Assembly (NCBI GenBank): GCA_963807965.1
Contig: CAWEDU010000002.1
Span: forward strand, 14,264-78,263
DNA length: 64,000 nucleotides
Reading direction: 5' to 3'
Source of the DNA: an uncultured Thermoplasmatales archaeon
GTDB taxonomy: Archaea; Thermoplasmatota; Penumbrarchaeia; Penumbrarchaeales; Penumbrarchaeaceae
Shown: one piece after another, positions 51,829 to 61,164 of the stretch
Position numbering within the stretch: the first letter of the stretch is position 1
Layout of the letters: every line of letters starts with the position of its first letter
Program-made: the position numbers and the translations under genes
The notes under the pieces: model-generated
The model's input: only the letters and a program-made list of their open reading frames with translations
The model's database searches: none
What the model was told of the DNA's origin: nothing

Positions 51829-52640
51829 TCGAACTCCACTCTCCATGTATCGATGAGAAGGTCATTTGATATATTGACGGCTTCACGGATGATCTTGAAC
51901 GATCCATTTACTTGATCTGATGATCTTGAGACCTCTGACTCTGATGGAAGTATGAATGGAAGGGGACAGTATCCCCTGGATGTGGCACCCTCTTCTCCCT
52001 TCCAGATCAACATTCGATCTGATATGAGAAGGACCTCATCCTCCTCATTGAAAAGGACCTCCTGATGAAAATCAGGAGATGGTTGGAAGATCATATCCTC
52101 TAGCTGGAGCAATTCATCCAATGGTCCCGCTGAATCGAAGATGGGGTGAATGAAAACAGTGACATTGCCTGAAAGGACCCTAGACTCAACGATGATGGAA
52201 ACCGGTGTGGACATGGTATAACCACCAGACATTCTCCCGATGGTCTTTGCCTGCTCGAATGATAAAGACCTTTCATTCACTGGGGGATGTATCGGAAAGA
52301 CCTTCTGGTCCTCGATCACTGTTGCCCTCTTTCCATCCCATTCCAGGATCATCAATCCAGGAAGGACCTTCAGCTTGAAGATCTGATTTCCGATCCTCCC
52401 TGGAAATTCCAATATACCTTCACCATCACTTGAAGTGGTTCCGAAGGAAAGGGTAATCCGGGATCCTGGTTCCGACCTGAGGACCCCTTGGATAAGCGAT
52501 CCTATGTCTTCTGCCAGGTCCTCCATTGACATATCAACGGATCCGGTCGTCCTTTCCACAAGGGATCCTGCAAATATACCAAGTAGAATTGAAACCGATA
52601 TAAGCAAACCTCCCCGTAGTATAAGATCCGAACCTGTCAT
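51825..52640 (-). CDS. hypothetical protein (271 aa) with a pilin-like N-terminus
   Basis: MTGSDLILRG-GLLISVSILLGIFAGSLV: a basic residue plus Gly, then a hydrophobic helix. Its stop overlaps the convergent gene's stop (TTAA). Confidence 0.5.
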   Translation of the reverse strand: MTGSDLILRGGLLISVSILLGIFAGSLVERTTGSVDMSMEDLAEDIGSLIQGVLRSEPGSRITLSFGTTSSDGEGILEFPGRIGNQIFKLKVLPGLMILEWDGKRATVIEDQKVFPIHPPVNERSLSFEQAKTIGRMSGGYTMSTPVSIIVESRVLSGNVTVFIHPIFDSAGPLDELLQLEDMIFQPSPDFHQEVLFNEEDEVLLISDRMLIWKGEEGATSRGYCPLPFILPSESEVSRSSDQVNGSFKIIREAVNISNDLLIDTWRVEFD

Positions 52641-52725
52641 CGCACTCGATGAAAAAACCTAAACACTTCTATTTGGGTTTTTCTCGTTGAAAACTTATAT
52701 TAGGAAATATCCGGTTGAAGGGACC

Positions 52726-53421
52726 ATGGCCAAAAAGAGGTCCTCTATAGACATCGTCTCATCAGGGATCCCGGCCCTGGACAATGCCCTTCATTATGGA
52801 GGATTCAAGAAAGGTGCGATACATCTCATTGTAGGGGATCCTTCTTCTCGAAAGGACCTCTTCGGTTTTCATTTCCTTCAGAAGGGATTGAAGAAAGGAG
52901 AGAATGTCGCATTCTACGATGTGGAGGCCTCATCCGATGAGATAATGGACCTCCTTAACGAGGAAGTGGAAGGGGACCTCATCAAGAATGTGGAATTCGT
53001 CAACGCTTGTCCGGAATATTCCAAATTCTTCATTCAGGCGGTTCCGGCAAGGATCATAGAACACATGAGAGGACTGGATGGGAAGAAGATCAACAGGGTC
53101 CTTATCAATCCGCTAACATTCTTCATGGAGCAGTTCGGGAACAAGGACGCCGGGGATTTCGTCATAATGGTCCGAGATATCGCTATGAAGAAGAAGCTCT
53201 CGGTGGTCTTTCTAATGGCGGACATTCTCTCCGAAAGGGACATGCAGTCCATTATCGACAAGTTCGACGGACTCTTAGAGCTCAGGACCGTCAGGATCAT
53301 CGAAGGCATCTACCACACGATCCAGGTGAGGAAGTTCTCAATTCAGCAGAAGAACATCCAGCTCACCTATCATATTGATGATACAACAGTAAGGATCACA
53401 TCGACAGGGAAGATAGTGTAA
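52726..53421 (+). CDS. KaiC/RecA-superfamily fold protein with degenerate Walker A and B motifs
   Basis: SSGIPALDNALHYGGFKKGAIHLIVGDPSSRKDLFGFHFL matches the KaiC/RadA/ArlH layout. The P-loop, however, reads GDPSSRKD instead of GxxGxGKT, and the Walker B position reads RVLINPLT, with no Asp. Confidence 0.6.
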   Translation: MAKKRSSIDIVSSGIPALDNALHYGGFKKGAIHLIVGDPSSRKDLFGFHFLQKGLKKGENVAFYDVEASSDEIMDLLNEEVEGDLIKNVEFVNACPEYSKFFIQAVPARIIEHMRGLDGKKINRVLINPLTFFMEQFGNKDAGDFVIMVRDIAMKKKLSVVFLMADILSERDMQSIIDKFDGLLELRTVRIIEGIYHTIQVRKFSIQQKNIQLTYHIDDTTVRITSTGKIV

Positions 53422-53466
53422 GGGTTTCCGATTTCATTAGAATGATCTTATAAACAAGGACCTTTC

Positions 53467-54201
53467 TCAATTCTCTTTGAAATAGGTATCAGCTTCATGA
53501 TATACTTCAAGGGATCCTATATCGAACCATTTGCCATTAAACCTCCATGCGACAACGGACCGGTTCTCCACTAGATATCGAATGAAGAATCCTAGCGCAT
53601 CCGGTTTCCCGCCATCCTCCAGATATTTCAGGACCAATCTCAGGGAATCTGCTTTGAAGATGTAGAAGGCCGTTGCAGCCAATGTTGATGGTGGATCCTC
53701 CGGTTTCTCTAAGAAGTTCCTAATAACACCGTTATCCGCGACATCAACGATCCCATAGAGCCTTGCCTTCTCCGGTGAACCAACATCATAGACCGCAACA
53801 ATATCGCGGTCAACCTTCCGGAATACCTCAAGGGCCTCGATCGGATGGAATTCGAAAAGATTATCCCCTCCGATTATCATTGTATCATCTTGGAGGTCCT
53901 CCTTCTCAATGAGGTAACCAAGTCCTCCGATGGATCCCAGTTTCTTATCTTCTGTGGGTGATGGTTCGATAATAAGGGTGACCTTCATATCATCATAATC
54001 ATTCAAGAATTTGGAGAAGTGATCGCTAAACGCCTCATTAGTGGATACAAAGATCCTTCCGATTCCCTTCATCTCGACCAGAGTATCCAGGGTATAGCTC
54101 AACATGGGTTTTCCCGCAATATCAAGCAGATGCTTTGGCATATTCTTCGTTAAAGGCCACATCCTCTTTGCGAATCCACCGGCAAGAACTATCACATCCA
54201 T
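53467..54201 (-). CDS. sugar-phosphate nucleotidyltransferase
   Basis: MDVIVLAGGFAKRMWPLTKNMPKHLL is the GxGxR(x)nK motif. The length and the ...EKP motif fit the NTP_transferase family. Confidence 0.8.
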   Translation of the reverse strand: MDVIVLAGGFAKRMWPLTKNMPKHLLDIAGKPMLSYTLDTLVEMKGIGRIFVSTNEAFSDHFSKFLNDYDDMKVTLIIEPSPTEDKKLGSIGGLGYLIEKEDLQDDTMIIGGDNLFEFHPIEALEVFRKVDRDIVAVYDVGSPEKARLYGIVDVADNGVIRNFLEKPEDPPSTLAATAFYIFKADSLRLVLKYLEDGGKPDALGFFIRYLVENRSVVAWRFNGKWFDIGSLEVYHEADTYFKEN

Positions 54202-54202
54202 C

Positions 54203-54685
54203 CTAACACCTTCCCAATTTCGACCATTTCATGATCATGGACTCTTGTGAACGGGTCTGGATGGAACCCGGCCTTTTCTTTCTTACGGTCTTAATAGCCT
54301 CTATCGGATCCATCCCATGATGAACTAGATATAATCCGATCACGGTCCCGGTCCTTCCTATCCCTGCCGCACAATGGACCATTACCGGACCGTCATGCAT
54401 GTCGATCTCAGATATGATCCTCCTTACATCGGAAGGTCTTGGGGTGGCCATATCAACCACCGGGGAATGCAAACATCTGATACCGGATGATCCCTCCCAA
54501 CCTTCAGGCCATGGGCTCTCTGTAAGATTGATAGCGAGGGTGATACCCTCCTCATTCCTCAAGTATCCAAGATAAGAGTCATCAATCGGATATACGGACG
54601 CGATAACCTTGCCGTCAACGATCCAGTTGAAAGGATACATGCCGTACCTGGAGTAAAATACCTCCTGATCGGGTGAAAGAGGCAT
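54203..54685 (-). CDS. dual-specificity / tyrosine protein phosphatase
   Basis: HCX5R(S/T) active site: VHCAAGIGRTGT. Confidence 0.8.
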   Translation of the reverse strand: MPLSPDQEVFYSRYGMYPFNWIVDGKVIASVYPIDDSYLGYLRNEEGITLAINLTESPWPEGWEGSSGIRCLHSPVVDMATPRPSDVRRIISEIDMHDGPVMVHCAAGIGRTGTVIGLYLVHHGMDPIEAIKTVRKKRPGSIQTRSQESMIMKWSKLGRC

Positions 54686-57600
54686 CAGATCTCCTCCAAT
54701 TCATCGAACTCCTCCAATTCCTCCATATCCGACCAATCCTCGATATCATCATCGTTCCCTGAGGTCTCCGTTGTCCCTATCGATCGATCAGGAACAGTAT
54801 GCATTCTATTTTTTGGAGGAGGTGCTTTCTTCCGTTCAGGTCGGATGTAAGAATCGTCCTGCTCCCCAATGCTGGTGGTCCTGGAACGAACCTGTGGAGG
54901 TGAAGGCATCTTAGCAGGAGCCAGAGGTCGCTGTTTCCTAGCGGGCATAGGACCGATGGAGATCCTTTCCGGTTTTGAGGGCAACTTAGCACCGTTTTCC
55001 TCTTTTTTATCATCCTTCTTTCTTCCCCTGACCCAGATGAAAATGAAAACTCCAACTATCACCAAGATGAGTATTATCGGAATTAGAATGATGATCGAAT
55101 CCACTCCCCCTTTTTCTTCTTTACTTTTATCTGAACCCTTTACCTCGAAATCGAATGTGATAACCTTTGAATTCCCTGCTAGATCAGTGAAGGTCAGGTT
55201 CATGGAATGCTTTCCTGGGATCACCTCCCTGAAGACAGACATGCCCGCAGCGTGATCATGCTGTCCGGTTATCTCCATCCCATCCATTTCCACAGAGACC
55301 TGCAACTCCACCTCCCCTTCATCCCGGATCCAGTTCACTGTTATTACATCTCCATTTACTTCGAGATCTCCTGGAGTTATCTCGGGATCGACCCTATCAA
55401 GAACGAATTGAACACTCTCGTTTGTCATCCATCCGCCAATATCGGTCACCGTGATGGAGATCGTGTGCAGGCCGTCATCCAAGTCGATCATCTGATGCCT
55501 GGTCTCATTCGAAAGTGGGGTATCTACACCATCTATGCCCAGTATCAGCGAGGTGATCCCCATGTATTCCGTGATCGACCATTCCAGGACACCTGACCAT
55601 GTGTTTGTATAACCATCCTTGATGTTGGTCAAGGCAACTTCAGGTGGGTTGAGGTCCACCATGAAGGTCTTCTTGATAGAACGGGCATTACCGGCGTTGT
55701 CCATACATCTCAGGATGAAGATATGCTGTCCTTCGGGTACCTGAAGTTCCCTGGAAGTCGACATTCCCAGACCGAAGGGACCATTCCCATCAAGTGAATA
55801 GTTATAATGAACGATACCATTGACATCATTACCTTCCCATTCGAAGGTCATTGTCGGTTCGGTTATCACATCATCCAAAGGTGAGATCAGATCCAGCTGG
55901 GGTGGAGTGATATCGATAATTATTTCGATCTGGCCCTCCCCAATATTTCCAGCAATGTCATGAGCAAGAACCTTTAAGATGTGCTCCCCTTCTTGAAGTG
56001 TGACCGTTCTTTCCGTATCTTTCACTCCAAGTGCGACATTCACATCATCGATGAAGAGATCGTATCCGGTGATCCCGGATTCTTCCAAGGCTCCCCATTG
56101 TATGGTGACCTTTGTTGTGTTGATCAAGATTCCACTTTCGATGTCAATGAATCCAGTGGAGGGTGGTTTCCTGTCTACAATGATCTCTACGGAATCTGAA
56201 AAGATATTCCCGGCTGGATCACGAGCCTCGACAGTAACGGTATGGAGGCCATCATCGGAAAAGGAAACTGGGTAGGATAATCGGTCCATGGGAAGTGAGA
56301 CCGGGCTGTTCTCATCCAATGAGATCTGGATATTATCGATCTCCAGGTGTGTAAGGTATTCCCATTCGATCAAGAAGGAGGTCTCCTGTGTGGGAATAGA
56401 AAGCCTGGGAGATATGATGTGGAGTGATGTGTTCTCGGCTATCCTGAATGTAATGGCCGATGTGGCCCGGTTCCCTGCCATATCGTAGACCTCAACCGAA
56501 AAGGAATGCCAATTCCTGCTCAGAAAGGAGGTGTGTGTCTTTCCAACGATCCCTGTGATCTTCTCTCCATCGATGGTCACGTTCGTGGACCTCATTTCTG
56601 TCAGGTCATCTATATTCCATTCGAAGTTGACAAGACCATTCGAGATAACAGAGGATTCAATGGGATAAAGGATATCTATCTCTGGATCCGTGGTATCAAT
56701 AGTAAATGTGATCGACCTTCGAACGGAATTATTGTAATGATCGGTGAATTCCATCCTGAGATCATGTGATCCATCGTCAAGGTCAAGATCAAATCCATGG
56801 TTTGGATCTTTCTCCACCCAGGAACCTCCATCCAGTTGATATGCAAGGGACTTGGGCACGAATCCGTCTTCCAGGTCCCAGATCACATCAACATTTCCCT
56901 TGCTATAGAATCTGCCAGCATTTGGCGATAAGACATTGAAGGGTTCCTTCCCCTCCTCGATCACGATCGTAAGTGAGATGGATGTCCTCAACCCGGCCAT
57001 ATCAACTGCCCTAAGAACGATTTGAAACTGCCCATCTGTCAGGTATAGGCCATGGTGATCTCTCCTTGAGACATTTATCCAGGGGTCTATACCCTTCTTT
57101 ATCTGGATCATTGAAATACCGGTCTCGTTGTCTGAAGCATCCCAGCTGAAGTTCACATATCGGGTATCCAAGAACCTTGTTGTCGGTGTGAGGACCTGGA
57201 ATAGAGGTCTGTTAAAATCGAAATACCGATTGGATACCGGGGAAGGATCTGTCTGTCCTGTGTTGGAAGACAGCCTGTAACCCGTTTCATCCGAGAATCC
57301 ATCGCTATTTTCATCTGAATTATCCCAGTCCAACCAGAAATTCCCCACATCGGACCTTTGCCACCTGAACTGAGAATATCCATCCCTAGCCTGGGAATTA
57401 CTTAAAGAAAAATCCTCTCCTGATCCGTGATTGTACATGAAAATGTTGCGATATACATTGCTCGTGGCCGATCCGCCATTGTTCAGTTCTATGGCATAAT
57501 CCTGTACAACCGATGAACCGATTGTGGTGGATGTCCATATAATAAATGTAGGGATGGCCGGTAGTCCAGTAAAAATAGATCCCCCTTCCACCAGTTTGAT

Positions 57601-58559
57601 TGAAGAGATTGTATTCGAATGTCAATGATGACCAGGATTCATAACTTGTTCTGACCGGGTTGTATGTATTTGGATGCTGGACCCATATTGCGTCCATTCC
57701 CCCCGAGAAGGAGTTATTTGCGATCTTGATCCGGTTACAGTCAAAGAGCCAAGTGATAGTATCGCTCGATGAATGCCCGTGGAGGATATTACCCTGGAAA
57801 TCAGAGTAATATCCTGCATACAACTTCACTGTTCTAACGTCTAGTGTGTTATTGGAAATATCAGAGGTACTGGAACCGGTTCTGAACTATATCTCTGATA
57901 GAACCCTTGTTCCTTGTAAAGTCTAAATAATAAGTACCATCAAAATCGATATCCATATCAGGTGCGTTAAAGGTATTATTGTAGATATCCACATAATAGC
58001 CAAGATAGAAGTGAATAAGGTCTCCGTTCCCCCCTGGATTGGAGAAATTGCACCCGGAAATGTATACCCTTCTTGGATTAGACATATCAAGCTGGGTCCC
58101 ACCTCCTATTACCGTGATGTTTATCAGTTTTAAATTGAGATAATAATATGTCGTCCCTGATTGATATGGTCTAATATAGATTGCCGGAGATAATGATGAG
58201 GCGTATATCGTGACATTCCGGATCTCAAGATTATAAGTGGTATTCCGAAGATATATCCCGGTCTTTCCCGAGCTCCTGCAATCTATGCTCAGGTCTGAAA
58301 TGATGAAAGGTTCGGTCACAGTCCCTTTCCCGGAATCGATCTCGGGATGGTAGTAGAGTTCCGTATTGCTCTCGATACTGATGGGACCCACACTGTCCAG
58401 ACCATTGACAAGAAGATCCTTTTCAAGGTCCTCAAAGATATGAGGGGCAATGTCCAATAATGGCAGTAATAAAAATGCGATGACAAATGGAACAAGATAT
58501 TTTTTAGAAAAGTGGATCTTTAATTCCATAGGATCGCCGTACCCTTGATTAAACCCCAT
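54685..58559 (-). CDS. giant cell-surface protein C (N-terminal anchor/signal, beta-helix repeats, many Ig-like domains, TM, about 110-aa cytoplasmic tail); 2 frameshifts
   Basis: ORFs 57861..58559 (GKGTVTEPFIISDLSID), 57398..57829 and 54685..57591 join at about 57877 (...VQN|GSSTSDISNNTL) and about 57508 (...HHNRFIG|VQDYAIELNNGG). Both are +1. The TM helix IIILIPIILILVIVGVFIFIWV is followed by a basic then acidic tail ending DMEELEEFDELEEI. Confidence 0.75.
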
Positions 58560-58644
58560 TTAAAATAAGATATCGGTTATATTTGAACATCCCAGAAATA
58601 ACATGGGAAAAATATGATAGTTCGGAATAGCAATAGGGTTTCTG

Positions 58645-59499
58645 TTGGCTAGAAAGATAGATGTCTACTATCCTGGGAATTCCTTCCCTTCGGTTTCTAT
58701 TACCGGCGGACGTTGCTCTCTTTCCTGCGCCCATTGTGACGGAAGATACTTGGGGGGAATGGTTGATGTCAGCGAAGGCCAGAGTTTGTATGAATTCGGA
58801 CTAACCCTTTGGAATAAAGCCGGTATTGGAATACTTGTTTCAGGAGGGTGCGGACCGGGTGGGGCATTACCGATCAATGACAACATACTTGACCAGATAA
58901 GTAGATTGAAATCTGAGACCGGCCTGAAGATCAATATGCATACGGGTCTCGTAGGAAGAAAGACAGCGGAATCAATAGCTGCCTCTGGTGTGGATGCAAT
59001 ATCCTATGATATCCTTGGTGACGATTCCACTATCAAGGAGGTCCTTAAGCTTGATAAAAAAGTGGAGGATTACATACGTTCATATCAGGCCCTGGAGGAT
59101 GCCGGACTTCATGTTGTTCCACATATACTGGCTGGGTTCAATTATGGAAAGGAAAGGGGTGAAAGGAGGGCAATTGGGATCGCTGCCTCGTTCGAACCGA
59201 AAAGAGTTGTCCTGATCATACTTATACCAACACCAGGAACACCCATGGAAAACGTTAGACCTCTGGATAAAGTAACGGTCCTTTCACTTGCAGAATATAT
59301 GAGAGGATCTTTGAAGGGAAATCTGGTCCTCGGATGTATGAGACCGAAAGGGTCCCATGGGATCGAGTTCGGTGTCCTTGAAAAGGGTTTCAATGGGATC
59401 GTACTTCCTTCGAAAAGGACCATGACCCGGATCTCTGAATCGGGGTGGGAGACGAAAAGATACGAACACTGTTGTGCCATTGATCCGATCGATCCATAA
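58645..59499 (+). CDS. radical SAM domain protein
   Basis: CxxxCxxC cluster motif in ITGGRCSLSCAHCDG. 284 aa. The subfamily was not determined. Confidence 0.7.
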   Translation: MARKIDVYYPGNSFPSVSITGGRCSLSCAHCDGRYLGGMVDVSEGQSLYEFGLTLWNKAGIGILVSGGCGPGGALPINDNILDQISRLKSETGLKINMHTGLVGRKTAESIAASGVDAISYDILGDDSTIKEVLKLDKKVEDYIRSYQALEDAGLHVVPHILAGFNYGKERGERRAIGIAASFEPKRVVLIILIPTPGTPMENVRPLDKVTVLSLAEYMRGSLKGNLVLGCMRPKGSHGIEFGVLEKGFNGIVLPSKRTMTRISESGWETKRYEHCCAIDPIDP

Positions 59500-59595
59500 A
59501 TTTCCGATTTTAATTTTTATCTAGGTTTATTTAAGTATCTTTTTTCAAATACTAATATGGGAAATGGTTTGAACCTTCCCTGAGGTAGATGAAAA

Positions 59596-61089
59596 TTGAG
59601 GTCTGTCCTGTTGTATGATTCGAAAATCTATTCCATCATCATTCTTAGCGTAGCCCCTGAAACAGAGAGGGACATTCTAACGGTCATGAAGGAAGAGGCC
59701 CCAAAAATGGGCGATACAAAGATGGACATTTCTTTCAAGTCGGGCTGGGCTGTTATTGAGCTAATGAAGACCGCATCACCAACCCAGAAAGATGTCTCCG
59801 AGATTTCCCCGGAATATCTTAAAATGAGATATGATGAGATCATTCTGTTATCACGAAAGGTGATGGAAAGAATTGGAAGGTTTGGAAGGTCAGGTTGTAG
59901 GCCACACAGGTATACTATCCTGACAAATGGATCAAGGGACAATGTATGGTTGAAGACATATTCGGATATGACCTTCCTCTACAAGGAAGGAGAAGCTGAT
60001 CAACCGGAGATACTACAGACCAATATCTCATACCTCAACAGGATCCTCCTAGGAAAAGGCGAGGTCGTTGTGAACTCCATAAAGCATGGAAAGGTAGGAG
60101 CCACCCTCTACTTGCTGGGAAGGTCCGGACAGGTTTCCGAGGAGACCTTCCCAAATGATCTTGTCCTGGAATTGAATATATCAGATATCAGAAACACCTA
60201 CTCATATGGCGATGGTCCGATAAACGTCACCGGTTCCACTCCTTATATCTCCGCGGACGGACCGGAGAAGAGATTGTACCAGACCAGACAGAATTACCTT
60301 ATCAATCATCTTGCCATCAAATCAAAATTGATGGAGCTTTTCTTCATGCAATCCAGGTTCCTGGACATGAAGGAGAACGATCTCCGAAAGGTCCAGGAAA
60401 GAGGCAAAGGTTTGAAAGATGACATCTACAAGCTCCAGAATGATATCAATGAACACATGAAGCTCTACATACCCAAAGACGGTGAGAAGAAGGAGAAGAA
60501 GAAAGAAAAAGCGTTCCTGGCCAAGGAATCCTTTCGGACCGAAAAACAGCTACTTACAACAACATCCGTAAGGTTCTCACTAGTATCAGAGGTTGAACAT
60601 GAGTTGATGAGGAGTGCTTCCCACCTCCTCGAAATGGGTCAGAGGACCAGGGAGGTGAAGAACAGCCTTTCCCTGGAGACAGATGACCAAACCATTGATG
60701 GAGTTGGATTCTCACTGGGAGAGATCACACTCAGGGTTATGGAAAAGGACAGAAGGGACCTTCAGACTCTACTTGACGAGCTTTCCCATTCCAGGGATAT
60801 CCTCTCATCAACCATTGAGGTCCTCAGGACGTTCATAGACACCAGGCAGAGGGAGATCTCCGAGAATATGAGCAGATTGATGAACCTCCTCTTCCTTGTA
60901 TTTGCATGCATCGGTCTTGCGGATGCTGCTGGAAATTTTGTAATATTTATACTTCAATTTGGAATTCTATCAGATAATCCTTCTTTCACGGAGGTCCTCT
61001 CCTACACAATGATAGGATTATTCATTACCATCATTCCTCTCTCAATTGGTGCTTTTTTCCTTTATAAGGCGTTCAAGAGGAAGGACTGA
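59596..61089 (+). CDS. hypothetical coiled-coil membrane protein with a CorA-like C-terminal two-TM hairpin
   Basis: A long helical region is followed by ENMSRLMNLLFLVFACIGLADAAGNF and a second TM helix. AAGNF sits where CorA has YGMNF. The start is uncertain (TTG 59596 or ATG 59686). Confidence 0.5.
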   Translation: MRSVLLYDSKIYSIIILSVAPETERDILTVMKEEAPKMGDTKMDISFKSGWAVIELMKTASPTQKDVSEISPEYLKMRYDEIILLSRKVMERIGRFGRSGCRPHRYTILTNGSRDNVWLKTYSDMTFLYKEGEADQPEILQTNISYLNRILLGKGEVVVNSIKHGKVGATLYLLGRSGQVSEETFPNDLVLELNISDIRNTYSYGDGPINVTGSTPYISADGPEKRLYQTRQNYLINHLAIKSKLMELFFMQSRFLDMKENDLRKVQERGKGLKDDIYKLQNDINEHMKLYIPKDGEKKEKKKEKAFLAKESFRTEKQLLTTTSVRFSLVSEVEHELMRSASHLLEMGQRTREVKNSLSLETDDQTIDGVGFSLGEITLRVMEKDRRDLQTLLDELSHSRDILSSTIEVLRTFIDTRQREISENMSRLMNLLFLVFACIGLADAAGNFVIFILQFGILSDNPSFTEVLSYTMIGLFITIIPLSIGAFFLYKAFKRKD

Positions 61090-61164
61090 ATTTCTTTCGC
61101 TTACCCCTCCCCATTGATTTATAACGCCCTCTCAATACTGTGCATTCTTGTACGGGGGTAGGTA

